A program made the position numbers and the translations under genes. A stretch of DNA of 64,000 nt, from positions 12,929 to 76,928 of the forward strand of contig JAPLAW010000025.1 in NCBI GenBank assembly GCA_026393075.1, written 5' to 3'. This document shows, in pieces, positions 27,201 to 39,916 of the stretch. This DNA is from Actinomycetota bacterium (GTDB taxonomy: Bacteria; Actinomycetota; Actinomycetes; Nanopelagicales; Nanopelagicaceae). The first letter of the stretch is position 1. Every line of letters starts with the position of its first letter. Below the pieces are notes generated by a model. The model was not told the origin of the DNA. It searched no databases and saw only the letters and a program-made list of their open reading frames with translations.

Positions 27201-29537
27201 TTAGTAATCGCGGATAGTCGCCAGTACAGAATCGAGTTCATCGGGTTTCACCAGAACCGTTCGCGCCTTAGAACCTTCTGAAGGTCCCACGATTCCGCGT
27301 GATTCCATTAGATCCATTAAGCGCCCAGCTTTAGCAAAGCCCACGCGAAGTTTGCGCTGCAACATTGAAGTCGAACCAAATTGTGTTCCCACTACGAGTT
27401 CAATTGCTTGCAACAAAATGTCTAAATCATCGCCAATTTCTTTATCGACCATCTTGGTTGCTGCCGGCGGCGCAGTTACATCTGAACGGTAGCGAGGAGC
27501 TAATTGTTTCTTAACGTGCCCAGTTACCGCTTCGATCTCGCGCTCAGAAACATATGCACCCTGAATACGTATTGCTCGACTGGCACCCATTGGAATAAAG
27601 AGTCCGTCGCCTTGGCCAACTAACTTTTCAGCCCCCGGCGTATCAAGAATTACTCGACTATCAGCCAGTGAGCTAGTTGCGAAAGATAAACGGGATGGCA
27701 CATTCGCTTTAATTAACCCGGTAACAACATCAACAGATGGTCGTTGGGTTGCTAGCACTAAGTGAATACCGGCCGATCGCGCTAGTTGGGTAATGCGAAC
27801 GACAGATTCTTCTACCTCGCGAGCAGCAACCATCATTAGGTCGGCAAGTTCGTCGATGATTACAAGTAAGTATGGGTAAGGCTCGATCTTGCGATCACCA
27901 CCTGGTGGTGGAATAACTTTGCCAGCGCGCACAGCTTTATTGAAATCATCAATGTGACGGAAACCAAAGGTTGCTAAATCTTCATACCTCAAGTCCATCT
28001 CACGTACTACCCAAGTAAGTGCATCGGCTGCTTTCTTGGGGCTAGTAATAATCGGTGTGATCAAGTGTGGAATATTTTCATACGCTGTTAGTTCAACTCG
28101 CTTAGGATCAATCAGAACAAGTCGCACTTCATCAGGGGTTGAACGCATCAGAATCGAAACAATCATGGCGTTGATCATCGAAGACTTGCCGGCACCTGTG
28201 GCGCCAGCAACCAATAAGTGCGGCATTTTGGCTAGGTTTGCGCAAACAAAGTTACCTTCGACATCTTTACCGAGCGCAACCAACATTGGGTGATGATCTT
28301 GGCCAGCAACACTTGAACGCATTACATCGCCCAGGGCCACAATTTCGCGATCGGCGTTTGGAATTTCAATACCAACTGCCGACTTACCTGGAATCGGGGA
28401 AAGAATTCGCACGTCGCTACTGGCAACTGCGTATGAAATATTCTTTGAAAGCGCAGTAATACGTTCTACCTTAACCGCATTTCCCAGTTCGACTTCGTAT
28501 CGCGTGACAGTTGGACCACGCATGAAACCCGTTACTTGGGCATCAATTTCGAATTGCAAGAAAACTTCGGTAAGAGCAGCCACCACGATTTCATTGGCTT
28601 TACTTTTAGCTTTGGCAGCCGGCCCAGTGCGCAGTAGATCTGGCGAAGGAAGCTCATAGATGGCATCACTTGAGAGCATAAGTTGCTCAGGTCTAGCGGT
28701 GATGGCAGGGGCTGGAACTGTAGTTGGCGGAATTATGGTTGCTACTGGAACTTCGACTGTGAACTCTTCGTCGAAACTCTCTTCGTCTAACTCTTCTTCA
28801 TCATCTTTATGCTTATTCCATTCAGCAACTACTGGCGTTTCAAATGGCGGAGTATCGGTAACTTCAAACTCTTCTTCGCTGCGATCAGGGCGCTTGGAAT
28901 TTAGCCAGGTCGCAGTATTTTTAATCCGGGTGATGACTGAAGAAACTGGTGTCGCCGTCGTTACCAATAAACCAAAGAAGAAGAGCAGAATCAAAACTGG
29001 ATATGCCAGTACATCCGTCATCAATACAACTAGCGGTTGTGAAATTCCATAACCTAACCAGCCACCACCGTTATGCATAGCCGTGGTGCCAGTGCCGGTC
29101 GATTCATTTAATAGATGGGCAATACCTGTGGTGCTAAGCAAAAGTGCAATTGTGCCAACGACAATTCGCCCAGTTGCCGCTTTTTCCTGTGGTGAATGAA
29201 ATAACCGAAAAGCAAAGTAGCCCAGAACTAGCGGCGTAAAGATTCCGATGCGACCAAAGCCACCGTAGAAGAAACTGGCAAGAGCGCGACCAACAATGTT
29301 TCCACCATCAAACCAAGTTCCGGCAGCTGCCATAATCGCCAAAATTAAGAGTAGAAATGCAAAGCCATCGCGTTGATGGGCTGGATCTAAATCCTTGGCT
29401 CCCTTAGCAACGAAGCGAATCGACTTGCCTAAATATTTTGCTAGCCCGCGCCAAATCGCAGCTAGCCCGCGCAGGATTGAACTGCCGATGCCACTACCTT
29501 TTGTGCTTGTTTTTGCGCGTGTTTTTTTCTTTGCCAT
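27201..29537 (-). CDS. ftsK: DNA translocase FtsK
   Basis: 778 aa. It has N-terminal TM helices, an acidic/Pro linker, a motor domain with Walker A GATGAGKSS and Walker B LLVIIDELADL, and a C-terminal gamma winged helix. Confidence 0.95.
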   Translation of the reverse strand: MAKKKTRAKTSTKGSGIGSSILRGLAAIWRGLAKYLGKSIRFVAKGAKDLDPAHQRDGFAFLLLILAIMAAAGTWFDGGNIVGRALASFFYGGFGRIGIFTPLVLGYFAFRLFHSPQEKAATGRIVVGTIALLLSTTGIAHLLNESTGTGTTAMHNGGGWLGYGISQPLVVLMTDVLAYPVLILLFFFGLLVTTATPVSSVITRIKNTATWLNSKRPDRSEEEFEVTDTPPFETPVVAEWNKHKDDEEELDEESFDEEFTVEVPVATIIPPTTVPAPAITARPEQLMLSSDAIYELPSPDLLRTGPAAKAKSKANEIVVAALTEVFLQFEIDAQVTGFMRGPTVTRYEVELGNAVKVERITALSKNISYAVASSDVRILSPIPGKSAVGIEIPNADREIVALGDVMRSSVAGQDHHPMLVALGKDVEGNFVCANLAKMPHLLVAGATGAGKSSMINAMIVSILMRSTPDEVRLVLIDPKRVELTAYENIPHLITPIITSPKKAADALTWVVREMDLRYEDLATFGFRHIDDFNKAVRAGKVIPPPGGDRKIEPYPYLLVIIDELADLMMVAAREVEESVVRITQLARSAGIHLVLATQRPSVDVVTGLIKANVPSRLSFATSSLADSRVILDTPGAEKLVGQGDGLFIPMGASRAIRIQGAYVSEREIEAVTGHVKKQLAPRYRSDVTAPPAATKMVDKEIGDDLDILLQAIELVVGTQFGSTSMLQRKLRVGFAKAGRLMDLMESRGIVGPSEGSKARTVLVKPDELDSVLATIRDY

Positions 29538-29589
29538 AACTACCTAAGCCTAAAGGTTTACTAAAACCCGATAGGTCAGGCGCGCCGCG

Positions 29590-31272
29590 CTAAACCTCGA
29601 TGACCACCGGCACGATCATTGGGCGACGACGATGTTTACCACCAACCCAACTTCCGATGGTGCGACGAACAACTTGGGAAAGTTGATGTGTGCCATTGAT
29701 GCCATCGGCAACTGCCCGCGTCAAAGCTTTTTCAATCTCTAACTTAACGCCATCAAATAGTGACTCATCTTCGTTAAAGCCGCGCGCATGAATATCTGGG
29801 CCGGCCACAATTTTTCCACTTTGCGCATCAATTACTACGACGACGGAAATGAAACCTTCTTCACCTAGAATGCGACGATCCTTTAACGAATCTTCAGTTA
29901 TATCGCCAATGCTTTGACCATCTACATAGACAAAGCCGCAAGGAACGCTACCGACTACTTGCGCTTCGTGATCAATTAAATCAACCACGATTCCATTTTC
30001 AATCACGATGGTGTTCTTGCGTGGCACGCCAGTTGCGATAGCTAATTCAGCATTAGCTCGTAAATGTCGCCATTCACCGTGTACTGGCATTACATACTTT
30101 GGCTTAACGATGTTGTAGCAATAGGTAAGTTCACCAGCTGCGGCATGGCCAGAGACGTGCACCATGGCATTTCCTTTATGAACTACTTTTGCACCGAAGC
30201 GAGTTAGCTCATTGATGATTCGGAATACCGAATTCTCATTTCCCGGAATCAGCGATGAAGCCAGAATTACGGTGTCGCCTTCACCAACGCGAATTTGGTG
30301 GTCACCATTTGCCATGCGCGAAAGAGCCGCAAGCGGTTCACCTTGCGAACCAGTACAAATCAATACAACGTTATCGTCATAGGCATCAAGATCTTTCGCA
30401 TCAAAGACGATGCCATCCGGCACTTTGAGAAAACCCATATCTTGCGCGATCTTCATATTGCGCACCATCGATCGACCAATGAAGGCCACTTTACGTTTAT
30501 GTTCGTGCGCAGTATCAATAATCTGTTGCACGCGATGTATGTGTGAAGAAAAAGTAGCAGTGATAACTCGGCGCCTGGTGCTGCGGAAAACCCGATCTAG
30601 CGCTGGCATAATTTCGCGCTCCGACGGCATAAAACCTGGCACATCGGCATTAGTTGAATCAACTAAAAATATATCTACGCCGGCTTCACCCAACCGAGCA
30701 AATGCGGGCAAATCAGTTACGCGGCCATCAAGTGGCAATTGATCCATTTTGAAATCACCAGTGTGCAGAACTGTGCCGGCCTTAGTGTGAATCGCAACTG
30801 CTAACGCATCAGGAATCGAGTGGTTAACGGCGATAAATTCAACTGAGAACGGACCGATATCTTCAATATCGCCTTCTTTAACTTCGCGCGTAAGCGGAGA
30901 GATGCGATGCTCTTTTAACTTAGCCGAAATCAAAGCAATTGTTAACGCTGATCCATAGATAGCTATATCGCCGCGTTCACGAAGTAGGTATGGCACGGCG
31001 CCGATATGGTCTTCGTGACCGTGCGTTAAAACTATGCCAATTACATCATTTAGTCGTTCATGAATATAGGAAAAGTCCGGCAAAATTAAATCAATACCTG
31101 GTTGATTCTCCTCTGGAAATAGAACACCGCAGTCAACAATAAGTAACTTGCCGTTAGTTTCAAAAACGGTCATGTTGCGACCGATTTCAGCTAACCCACC
31201 AAGGGCGACGATGCGTAGTCCCCCAGCAACTAATTTGCTAGGCGTTCCTAATTCGGGATGCGGATGATTCAT
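29590..31272 (-). CDS. rnj: ribonuclease J
   Basis: 560 aa with the metallo-beta-lactamase motif HGHEDHIG, a beta-CASP domain and the RNase J C-terminal domain. Confidence 0.92.
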   Translation of the reverse strand: MNHPHPELGTPSKLVAGGLRIVALGGLAEIGRNMTVFETNGKLLIVDCGVLFPEENQPGIDLILPDFSYIHERLNDVIGIVLTHGHEDHIGAVPYLLRERGDIAIYGSALTIALISAKLKEHRISPLTREVKEGDIEDIGPFSVEFIAVNHSIPDALAVAIHTKAGTVLHTGDFKMDQLPLDGRVTDLPAFARLGEAGVDIFLVDSTNADVPGFMPSEREIMPALDRVFRSTRRRVITATFSSHIHRVQQIIDTAHEHKRKVAFIGRSMVRNMKIAQDMGFLKVPDGIVFDAKDLDAYDDNVVLICTGSQGEPLAALSRMANGDHQIRVGEGDTVILASSLIPGNENSVFRIINELTRFGAKVVHKGNAMVHVSGHAAAGELTYCYNIVKPKYVMPVHGEWRHLRANAELAIATGVPRKNTIVIENGIVVDLIDHEAQVVGSVPCGFVYVDGQSIGDITEDSLKDRRILGEEGFISVVVVIDAQSGKIVAGPDIHARGFNEDESLFDGVKLEIEKALTRAVADGINGTHQLSQVVRRTIGSWVGGKHRRRPMIVPVVIEV

Positions 31273-31275
31273 GAA

Positions 31276-32163
31276 TTAAACGGCGACGCCACCGGCACGC
31301 AGATCTTCGCGCAGTTGCGCAATCTGAGCTTCGGTTGCATCTACTAATGGAAGTCGAGTGATGCCGCCAGGAAGTCCCATCATATTAAGCGCGGCTTTTG
31401 TGAGGATCGCACCTTGCGTGCGGAAAGTGCCAGTAAATACTGGCAACAGCTTCTGATGAATTTCAAGTGCGCGGCCGGTATCGCCAGCGAACCAAGCATC
31501 AAGCATTGCTTTTAGATCTTTACCAACTGTGTGGCCACAGACTGAAACAAATCCAACTGCGCCAACAGATAGGAACGGCAAATTTAGAATGTCATCGCCT
31601 GAATAAACTGGAAGTCCGCAACGCTTAATTACCCAAGAAGTTGCCGCGACATTTCCTTTGGCATCTTTGAGCGCCACAATATTTTTATGTTCAAATAACC
31701 GCACGATTGTGTCAGATTCAATTTCAACACCGGTGCGACCTGGAATGTCATACATCATTAATGGCAGATCAGTTGCATCAGCAACGGCTCTGAAGTGAGC
31801 TTCGATTCCGGCTTGTGGTGGCTTGTTGTAATAAGGAGCTACAACTAGCAAACCATCGGCGCCAGCTTCAGCAGTGCGCTTTGCTTGATTGATTGAATAT
31901 TCAGTTTCATTGTCGCCAGCACCAGAGATAACTTTGATTTTTGAGCCAACGGTTGATTTAACAACTTTAATGATCTCAATTTTTTCCGAAGATTTAGTTG
32001 TTGGTGCTTCACCGGTTGTGCCATTAACTGCAATTGCGTCGTGGCCGGTATCAACTAAATGTTGCGCCAACTTTGCAACACCATCCCAGTCGACCGAGCC
32101 ATCTTTATTAAATGGGGTCACCATTGCCGTGATCATGCGGCCAAATGGAGCGTCAATTGCCAT
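31276..32163 (-). CDS. dapA: 4-hydroxy-tetrahydrodipicolinate synthase
   Basis: 295 aa with DapA family blocks (GTTGEAPT, the Y in VVAPYYNKP, and ALKDA containing the Schiff-base Lys). Confidence 0.92.
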   Translation of the reverse strand: MAIDAPFGRMITAMVTPFNKDGSVDWDGVAKLAQHLVDTGHDAIAVNGTTGEAPTTKSSEKIEIIKVVKSTVGSKIKVISGAGDNETEYSINQAKRTAEAGADGLLVVAPYYNKPPQAGIEAHFRAVADATDLPLMMYDIPGRTGVEIESDTIVRLFEHKNIVALKDAKGNVAATSWVIKRCGLPVYSGDDILNLPFLSVGAVGFVSVCGHTVGKDLKAMLDAWFAGDTGRALEIHQKLLPVFTGTFRTQGAILTKAALNMMGLPGGITRLPLVDATEAQIAQLREDLRAGGVAV

Positions 32164-32183
32164 GCGCGTAACCTTACCCGTTT

Positions 32184-32921
32184 TTAAGGAGTAACTCGTC
32201 CTGATTTCTCAAAGGCAGCGTGGGTTAATGGCATTAATCGGGCAAATTCGACTTCCATTTTCTCGGCCACCATCTCAATTTCGCGTTGTGGGTAGCTTGG
32301 AAAATGTGACCCCTCGCGGGCCGTGCGAAGTGAAAGGAAATTCATCAATGCGCGAGCATTCATCGTTACATACATCGATGAATAAAGTCCGACTGGTAAA
32401 ACTGCGCGAGCGACTTCACGAGCAATGCCAGCATCGAGCATCACTTGGTATTGCTTATAAGCCAAGATGTAGGCCTCTTTCATAGCCGCTTCAGTAATTT
32501 CCAGTTGCTCTTTAGTTCCATCGACGAATGTGTATGCACCAGCTTTGCCGATTTGAATTAATTTACGATCGGCATCAGGCACATAAAAAACTGGTGAGAG
32601 TTCGCGATAACGACCGCTCTCTTCGTTATAAGAAGCAATGCGGTGGCGCATGAATTCGCGGAAAACAAAAATTGGTGCAGAAATAAAGAAAGTCATCGAG
32701 GTATGTTCAAATGGGGAACCGTGACGCTCGCGCGCCAAGTAATTAATTAGCCCGGCCGAACGTGCTGGGTCTTCACCGATCTCCTCTAAAGATTGCTCAC
32801 CTGCGGTAGATACGCGCGCCGCCCAAATAACATCGGCATCGCTGGCGCTGGCTTTAACCAGCTCGACCGTCATGTCGCTTCGGAAGATGATCTCGCTTGT
32901 GCGCGTTGATTCGGTGCTCAT
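32184..32921 (-). CDS. thyX: FAD-dependent thymidylate synthase ThyX
   Basis: 245 aa with the ThyX motif RHRIASYNEESGRY. Confidence 0.93.
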   Translation of the reverse strand: MSTESTRTSEIIFRSDMTVELVKASASDADVIWAARVSTAGEQSLEEIGEDPARSAGLINYLARERHGSPFEHTSMTFFISAPIFVFREFMRHRIASYNEESGRYRELSPVFYVPDADRKLIQIGKAGAYTFVDGTKEQLEITEAAMKEAYILAYKQYQVMLDAGIAREVARAVLPVGLYSSMYVTMNARALMNFLSLRTAREGSHFPSYPQREIEMVAEKMEVEFARLMPLTHAAFEKSGRVTP

Positions 32922-32980
32922 GAGGCGACCCTATCTAGCCACCTGCGCGTGGTTGTGGATTTCTACGGCAGAATGGCCGC

Positions 32981-33661
32981 GTGTCCAAAGTGAACCGAAT
33001 CTCATCAATTAATAAGCCCACCCTTCGCGATTCATTAAGTGTTTCGTTGACCGTTGGTGCATATGGCGTAGCTTTTGGCGCCGCAGCCGTGGCAAATGGC
33101 TTTACGGTTCTGCAAAGTTGCTTGCTTTCACTACTGACTTTCTCGGGTGCATCACAATTCGCGGTCGTCGGAGTATTAGGTGCCGGCGGAACTGCACTTA
33201 GCGGAATCGCTACGGCTTCCCTACTTGGAATTCGTAATGGTTTGTATGGCGTGATCATGGCGCCGCGATTAAAAGTCAAAGGTTTTAAACGAATTGTTGC
33301 CGCACAAGTAACTATCGATGAATCAACTGGCGTTGCCCTTGGTCAAGAAGTCCGTAGCCCAGAAGCTATGCGCCAAGGCTTTTGGTTAACTGGCTTTGGG
33401 GTATTTATCTTTTGGAATCTTTTCACTCTAGCTGGCGCACTTGGCGCGCAAGCAATGGGCGATATTCGCGCATGGGGTTTAGATTCAGCAGTACCGGCTG
33501 CATTCCTGGGCTTAGTTTGGCCGCGACTTAAAACAAATGGTGATCGCGCGCTAGCAATTGGTTGCGCCGTATTTGCAGTTGCAATGACCCCGATCTTGCC
33601 CGCTGGCCTGCCGATTATCGCAACAGCATTCATTGCAATTGCCGTGGGGTTACGCAAATGA
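32981..33661 (+). CDS. azlC: AzlC-family branched-chain amino acid exporter subunit
   Basis: 226 aa polytopic membrane protein. It contains the AzlC block SGASQF and has an ATGA overlap with the next gene. Confidence 0.8.
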   Translation: MSKVNRISSINKPTLRDSLSVSLTVGAYGVAFGAAAVANGFTVLQSCLLSLLTFSGASQFAVVGVLGAGGTALSGIATASLLGIRNGLYGVIMAPRLKVKGFKRIVAAQVTIDESTGVALGQEVRSPEAMRQGFWLTGFGVFIFWNLFTLAGALGAQAMGDIRAWGLDSAVPAAFLGLVWPRLKTNGDRALAIGCAVFAVAMTPILPAGLPIIATAFIAIAVGLRK

Positions 33662-33969
33662 ATCAATATTGGATTGCCGTAATCGGCACTAGCGCCATTG
33701 CATTTGCTTTGAAATACAGTGGGCACTCAGTTCCGGAAAAGTGGTTATCTCACCCGAAAATTCAGAAAGTAAATGTGCTTATCCCAATTGCACTTTTAAG
33801 CGCTTTAGTTGCGGCGCAAACTTTCACTGAGAAAAGTAAGTTAATGATCGATCACCGCTTGCTTGGGTTATCAGTGGCAATTCTGGCGTTGCTTTTAAAA
33901 GCACCGTTTCCAGTAGTGGTTCTATCGGCAGCGCTAAGTTCGGCGCTACTTTATAACCTCAGTATTTAA
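33658..33969 (+). CDS. azlD: AzlD-family small membrane protein
   Basis: 103 aa from ATG 33658 (MNQYWIAVIGTSAIAFALKY...), hydrophobic. The ORF-track start at 33562 was trimmed. Confidence 0.75.
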   Translation: MNQYWIAVIGTSAIAFALKYSGHSVPEKWLSHPKIQKVNVLIPIALLSALVAAQTFTEKSKLMIDHRLLGLSVAILALLLKAPFPVVVLSAALSSALLYNLSI

Positions 33970-33970
33970 C

Positions 33971-34228
33971 TTAAATTATTGAGAGTGATTTTAACTTCTC
34001 AGTAAGTGCGATATCTGATGGTTCAGTTAAATGCGTGCCATCTTGGAAAACAATTACTGGAATTGACTTAGCGCCACCATTGATTTCAATGACTTTGTCA
34101 GCTGCTGTTAAATCAGCTTCAACATCGATCTTGGTCCATTCGACGCCTAGTTCATTTAGTAAACGCTCAGAGCGACGGCAATCGCCACACCAGTCGGCAC
34201 CATACATAACGATTTGATCTTTAGACAT
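33971..34228 (-). CDS. glutaredoxin-like / mycoredoxin-like thiol-disulfide oxidoreductase
   Basis: 85 aa. It has the active site WCGDC and the block NGGAKSIPVIVFQDGTHLTEPS, which resembles mycoredoxin-1 as I remember it. Confidence 0.65.
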   Translation of the reverse strand: MSKDQIVMYGADWCGDCRRSERLLNELGVEWTKIDVEADLTAADKVIEINGGAKSIPVIVFQDGTHLTEPSDIALTEKLKSLSII

Positions 34229-34240
34229 TTGCGGATCCCC

Positions 34241-36263
<2,023 letters not shown>

Positions 36264-36264
<1 letters not shown>

Positions 36265-38465
36265 TATTCGGCGCTTGGAACGCTTCCGTCTTCAAGTACT
36301 GGAACTAGTGAAAGCTTGCCCTTAGGGTCAATCTCACCGATCTCAACTTGAATCTTGTCGCCAACCTTCATAACTTCTTCAAGGTTTTCGATGCGCTTTC
36401 CGCCGTGCATCTTGCGAATTTGCGATACGTGTAGCAAACCATCTTTGCCTGGCATCAATGATACGAAGGCACCAAATGCTGCCAGCTTTACGATCGTACC
36501 TAAGTAACGCTCGCCAACTTCTGGCATCTGTGGGTTAGCAATTGCATTGATCTGTGCACGAGCAGCTTCAGCAGCTGGCCCATTAGTTGCACCGATATAA
36601 ATTGTGCCGTCATCTTCGATTGAGATCTCTGCGCCAGTTTCATCTTGAATCTGGTTAATGATCTTGCCCTTAGGACCGATAACTGCGCCAATTTGATCAA
36701 CTGGAATCTTGACCGAGATGATGCGAGGAGCGTATTGGCTCATCTCATCTGGGGCATCGATTGCTTCGTTCATAACATCAAGAATCGCAAGACGCGCTTC
36801 CTTAGCTTGAAGAAGTGCGCCAGCTAGAACTGAGGCAGGAATACCGTCGAGCTTGGTATCTAGTTGAAGAGCGGTGATGAAATCTTTAGTTCCGGCAACT
36901 TTGAAGTCCATATCGCCGAATGCATCTTCGGCACCCAAGATATCGGTCAAAGCTACGTACTCAACTTTCCCATCAACATCATCTGAGATCAGACCCATTG
37001 CGATACCTGCAACTGGCGCCTTTAGTGGCACACCAGCGTTAAGCATTGCAAGCGTTGATGCACAAACAGAACCCATTGAAGTTGAACCGTTTGAGCCAAG
37101 TGCTTCAGATACTTGACGAATTGCATATGGGAATTCTTCGCGAGTTGGAAGAACTGGAATCAAGGCGCGCTCAGCTAGAGCACCGTGGCCAATTTCGCGA
37201 CGCTTTGGTGTTCCAACCCGACCGGTCTCACCAGTTGAATATGGTGGGAAGTTGTAGTTGTGCATGTATCGCTTGTGATTTTCTGGATTTAAAGTATCTA
37301 GCTGTTGTTCCATCTTCAACATATTCAAAGTAGTGATACCCAAAATCTGAGTCTCGCCACGTTCAAAGATTGCTGAACCGTGAACGCGAGGAATAACTTC
37401 AACCTCAGCAGATAGCGCACGGATATCGCGAAGACCGCGACCATCGATACGAATCTTGTCACGCAGTACGCGCTGACGAACTAACTTCTTAGTTAGTGAT
37501 TTGAATGCAGCAGGTACTTCTTTTTCGCGGCCTTCAAACTTTGCAGCAACAGCTTCTTTAGTAGCAGCTGAAATTGCATCGATTGCGGTTTCGCGCTCTT
37601 GCTTACCAGCGATAGTCATTGCCTTAGCAAGATCAGCAGATGCGTGAGCAGAAACTGCTTCGAATACATCTGACTGATAATCAAGGAAGACTGGGAATTC
37701 AGCAGTTGGCTTAGCAGCTTTAGCTGCCACCTTTAGCTGAGCATCACAAAGTGCCTTAATGAATGGCTTTGCCGCCTCAAGACCTTGGCTAACGATTTCT
37801 TCAGTTGGTGCGCTTTGACCGGCCTTAACCAATTCAATGGTCTTAGATGTGGCTTCTGCTTCAACCATCATGATTGCAACATCGTCACCAATTACGCGAC
37901 CAGCAACAACCATGTCAAAGACTGCGCCTGCAACCTCTGAGTGATTTGGGAATGCAACCCATTGACCATCAATTAAAGCAACGCGAACGCCACCGATTGG
38001 GCCTGAAAATGGCAGACCAGCTAATTGTGTTGACATTGATGCTGCGTTAATCGCAAGTACGTCGTACATATGATCAGGATCAAGTGCCATGACAGTAATT
38101 ACGATTTGAACTTCGTTGCGAAGTCCCTTTACGAATGATGGACGCAATGGGCGATCGATCAAACGGCAAGTAAGAATCGCATCTTCTGATGGACGTCCTT
38201 CGCGACGGAAGAATGATCCTGGAATACGACCAACTGCATACATTTTTTCTTCAACATCTACCGTCAAAGGGAAGAAATCGAATTGATCCTTCGGTGACTT
38301 TGAAGCAGTAGTTGCTGAGAAGATCATGGTTTCGTCGTTCATGTAAACCGCTGCAGCACCTGCTGCTTGACGAGCTAGTCGCCCGGTTTCGAAACGGATC
38401 TCTTTCTTTCCAAACTTTCCATTGTCGATTACGGCAACGGCTGATGTTACGTCTTGACCCTCCAT
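36264..38465 (-). CDS. pnp: polyribonucleotide nucleotidyltransferase (PNPase)
   Basis: 733 aa with two RNase PH domains, a KH domain and an S1 domain. Confidence 0.96.
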
Positions 38466-38603
38466 GGGTCGCTCCTGTTCTTGACTACACGCATCAAGAG
38501 AATAATGAATCTTCGATCGAAGTTCACGCAGGATTTAATTGTTTAAATTAAATCTGCGGAAACCACTACCGAGGACCATTTCCCTCGGTGGAGTCAGGCT
38601 AAA
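38466..38603 (-). promoter_or_regulatory. structured rpsO-pnp intergenic leader (Actino-pnp-like)
   Basis: There are three consecutive stem-loops. The first is 38562..38590 (CCACCGAGG...CCTCGGT(A)GTGG). The second is 38526..38557 (13-14 bp AT-rich stem CGCAGATTTAATT/AATTAAATCCTGCG). The third is 38505..38525, centred on the palindrome CTTCGATCGAAG. Confidence 0.6.
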
Positions 38604-38873
38604 TTAACGGCGAATACCGAGTTTTTCGATAATCGCTCTGTAACGCGCAATATCTGTCTTTGCAAGGTACTGCAAGATACGACGACGCTGACCAACCAAA
38701 AGTAGTAGACCACGACGGTTGTGGTGATCATGAGGGTTAGTCTTGAGGTGAGTTGTGATGTCCTCGATACGCTTAGAAAGCAAAGCGACCTGCGCTTCTG
38801 GGCTTCCGGTGTCGGTAGCTGAAGTGCCGTACTTAGCAACGATTTCTTTCTTTACTTCTGGTGTTAGTGCCAT
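38604..38873 (-). CDS. rpsO: 30S ribosomal protein S15
   Basis: 89 aa, [16 protein letters not shown]...[43 protein letters not shown]. Confidence 0.96.
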   Translation of the reverse strand: MALTPEVKKEIVAKYGTSATDTGSPEAQVALLSKRIEDITTHLKTNPHDHHNRRGLLLLVGQRRRILQYLAKTDIARYRAIIEKLGIRR

Positions 38874-39022
38874 TTAATGACTCTCCTTATTAGTTACCGC
38901 CACGATGGCTTCCGGTTTGATACACGGAAAGCTCTGCTTCTCGTTGGACAGGGCAAAGGTTACCAGCGTGAGCGTGAGGGGCGAAATCGGGGCTAATCCC
39001 CCGCCTAAACCCTGAACAAAAT

Positions 39023-39898
39023 TTAGGCTTCGGTCAGTTTTCGAGCCAGATCGCAATCTTTCTTCATCTGCTCTAAAAGTGGCTCTAGGCCATCAAACTT
39101 TAAAGTCTCACGTAAATGCCAACCGAATTCGACCGTGGCAGTTTGATCATAAAGATCTAGGCCAATTTGATCGAGGGCATATGCCTCAACTTGGCGACCG
39201 CGAGCGCCGGCAAAAGTTGGATTAGTACCAATTGAAATTGCAGCGGGCCAACGATTGATACCAACTGTTAACCAGCCCGCATAAATACCATCGGCTGGAA
39301 TAGTTTGGCCATCGATATTTCCTAGGTTTGCAGTTGGATAACCAATTTCGCGACCACGTGCTTCACCGTGAACTACTACGCCATCAAGACGATGTGGTCT
39401 AGTTAAAAGTATTCGCGCAGTTTCAACATCGCCTTTGGTAATTGCGGTGCGAATTCGGGTTGAAGAAACCGGTTCAGTGTCATCCGCATGTAGCGCCAGC
39501 ACGTGAACCTTAAATTCCGAATGCAACTTAAGTGATTCTTCATTTCCAGCGGCTTTATGTCCATACGTAAAATTCTCACCAACAATGACTTCGCCAGCTT
39601 CTAATTGTTTAATCAAAATTTGGTTAACAAAATCCTCAGGTGACAGCGCAGCAAATTTCTCATCGAATTTCATGACCGCTACTTGGTCTGCACCATGAAT
39701 TTTTAGCAAGACAACGCGGTCAGCCAGAGTCGTAAGAAGAGTAGGTGCGCGATCTGGGGCAAAAACTGTTGTTGGGTGTGGATCAAAAGTTAGGGCAATA
39801 ATTTTGCGACCATCAGCAATTTCTTTCGCGCGATCGAGGATGCTCTGGTGGCCTTTATGCACGCCATCAAAGACTCCGATTACGACAACATTGCTCAT
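39023..39898 (-). CDS. ribF: bifunctional riboflavin kinase / FMN adenylyltransferase
   Basis: 291 aa with the N-terminal motif GVFDGVHKGH and a C-terminal riboflavin kinase domain (GYPTANL). Confidence 0.92.
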   Translation of the reverse strand: MSNVVVIGVFDGVHKGHQSILDRAKEIADGRKIIALTFDPHPTTVFAPDRAPTLLTTLADRVVLLKIHGADQVAVMKFDEKFAALSPEDFVNQILIKQLEAGEVIVGENFTYGHKAAGNEESLKLHSEFKVHVLALHADDTEPVSSTRIRTAITKGDVETARILLTRPHRLDGVVVHGEARGREIGYPTANLGNIDGQTIPADGIYAGWLTVGINRWPAAISIGTNPTFAGARGRQVEAYALDQIGLDLYDQTATVEFGWHLRETLKFDGLEPLLEQMKKDCDLARKLTEA

Positions 39899-39916
39899 TG
39901 TGCGAATTATGGCACC

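Noticed and set aside
32935-33726. Minus-strand ORFs of 114 and 127 aa overlapping azlC
   Set aside because: The plus-strand frame gives coherent AzlC/AzlD membrane proteins with an ATGA coupling. The minus-strand frames are Ala/Pro/Arg-rich shadows.
38874-39056. 60-aa ORF in the rpsO upstream region
   Set aside because: It spans the ribF stop and the structured rpsO leader and has no SD. It is more plausibly non-coding leader RNA.
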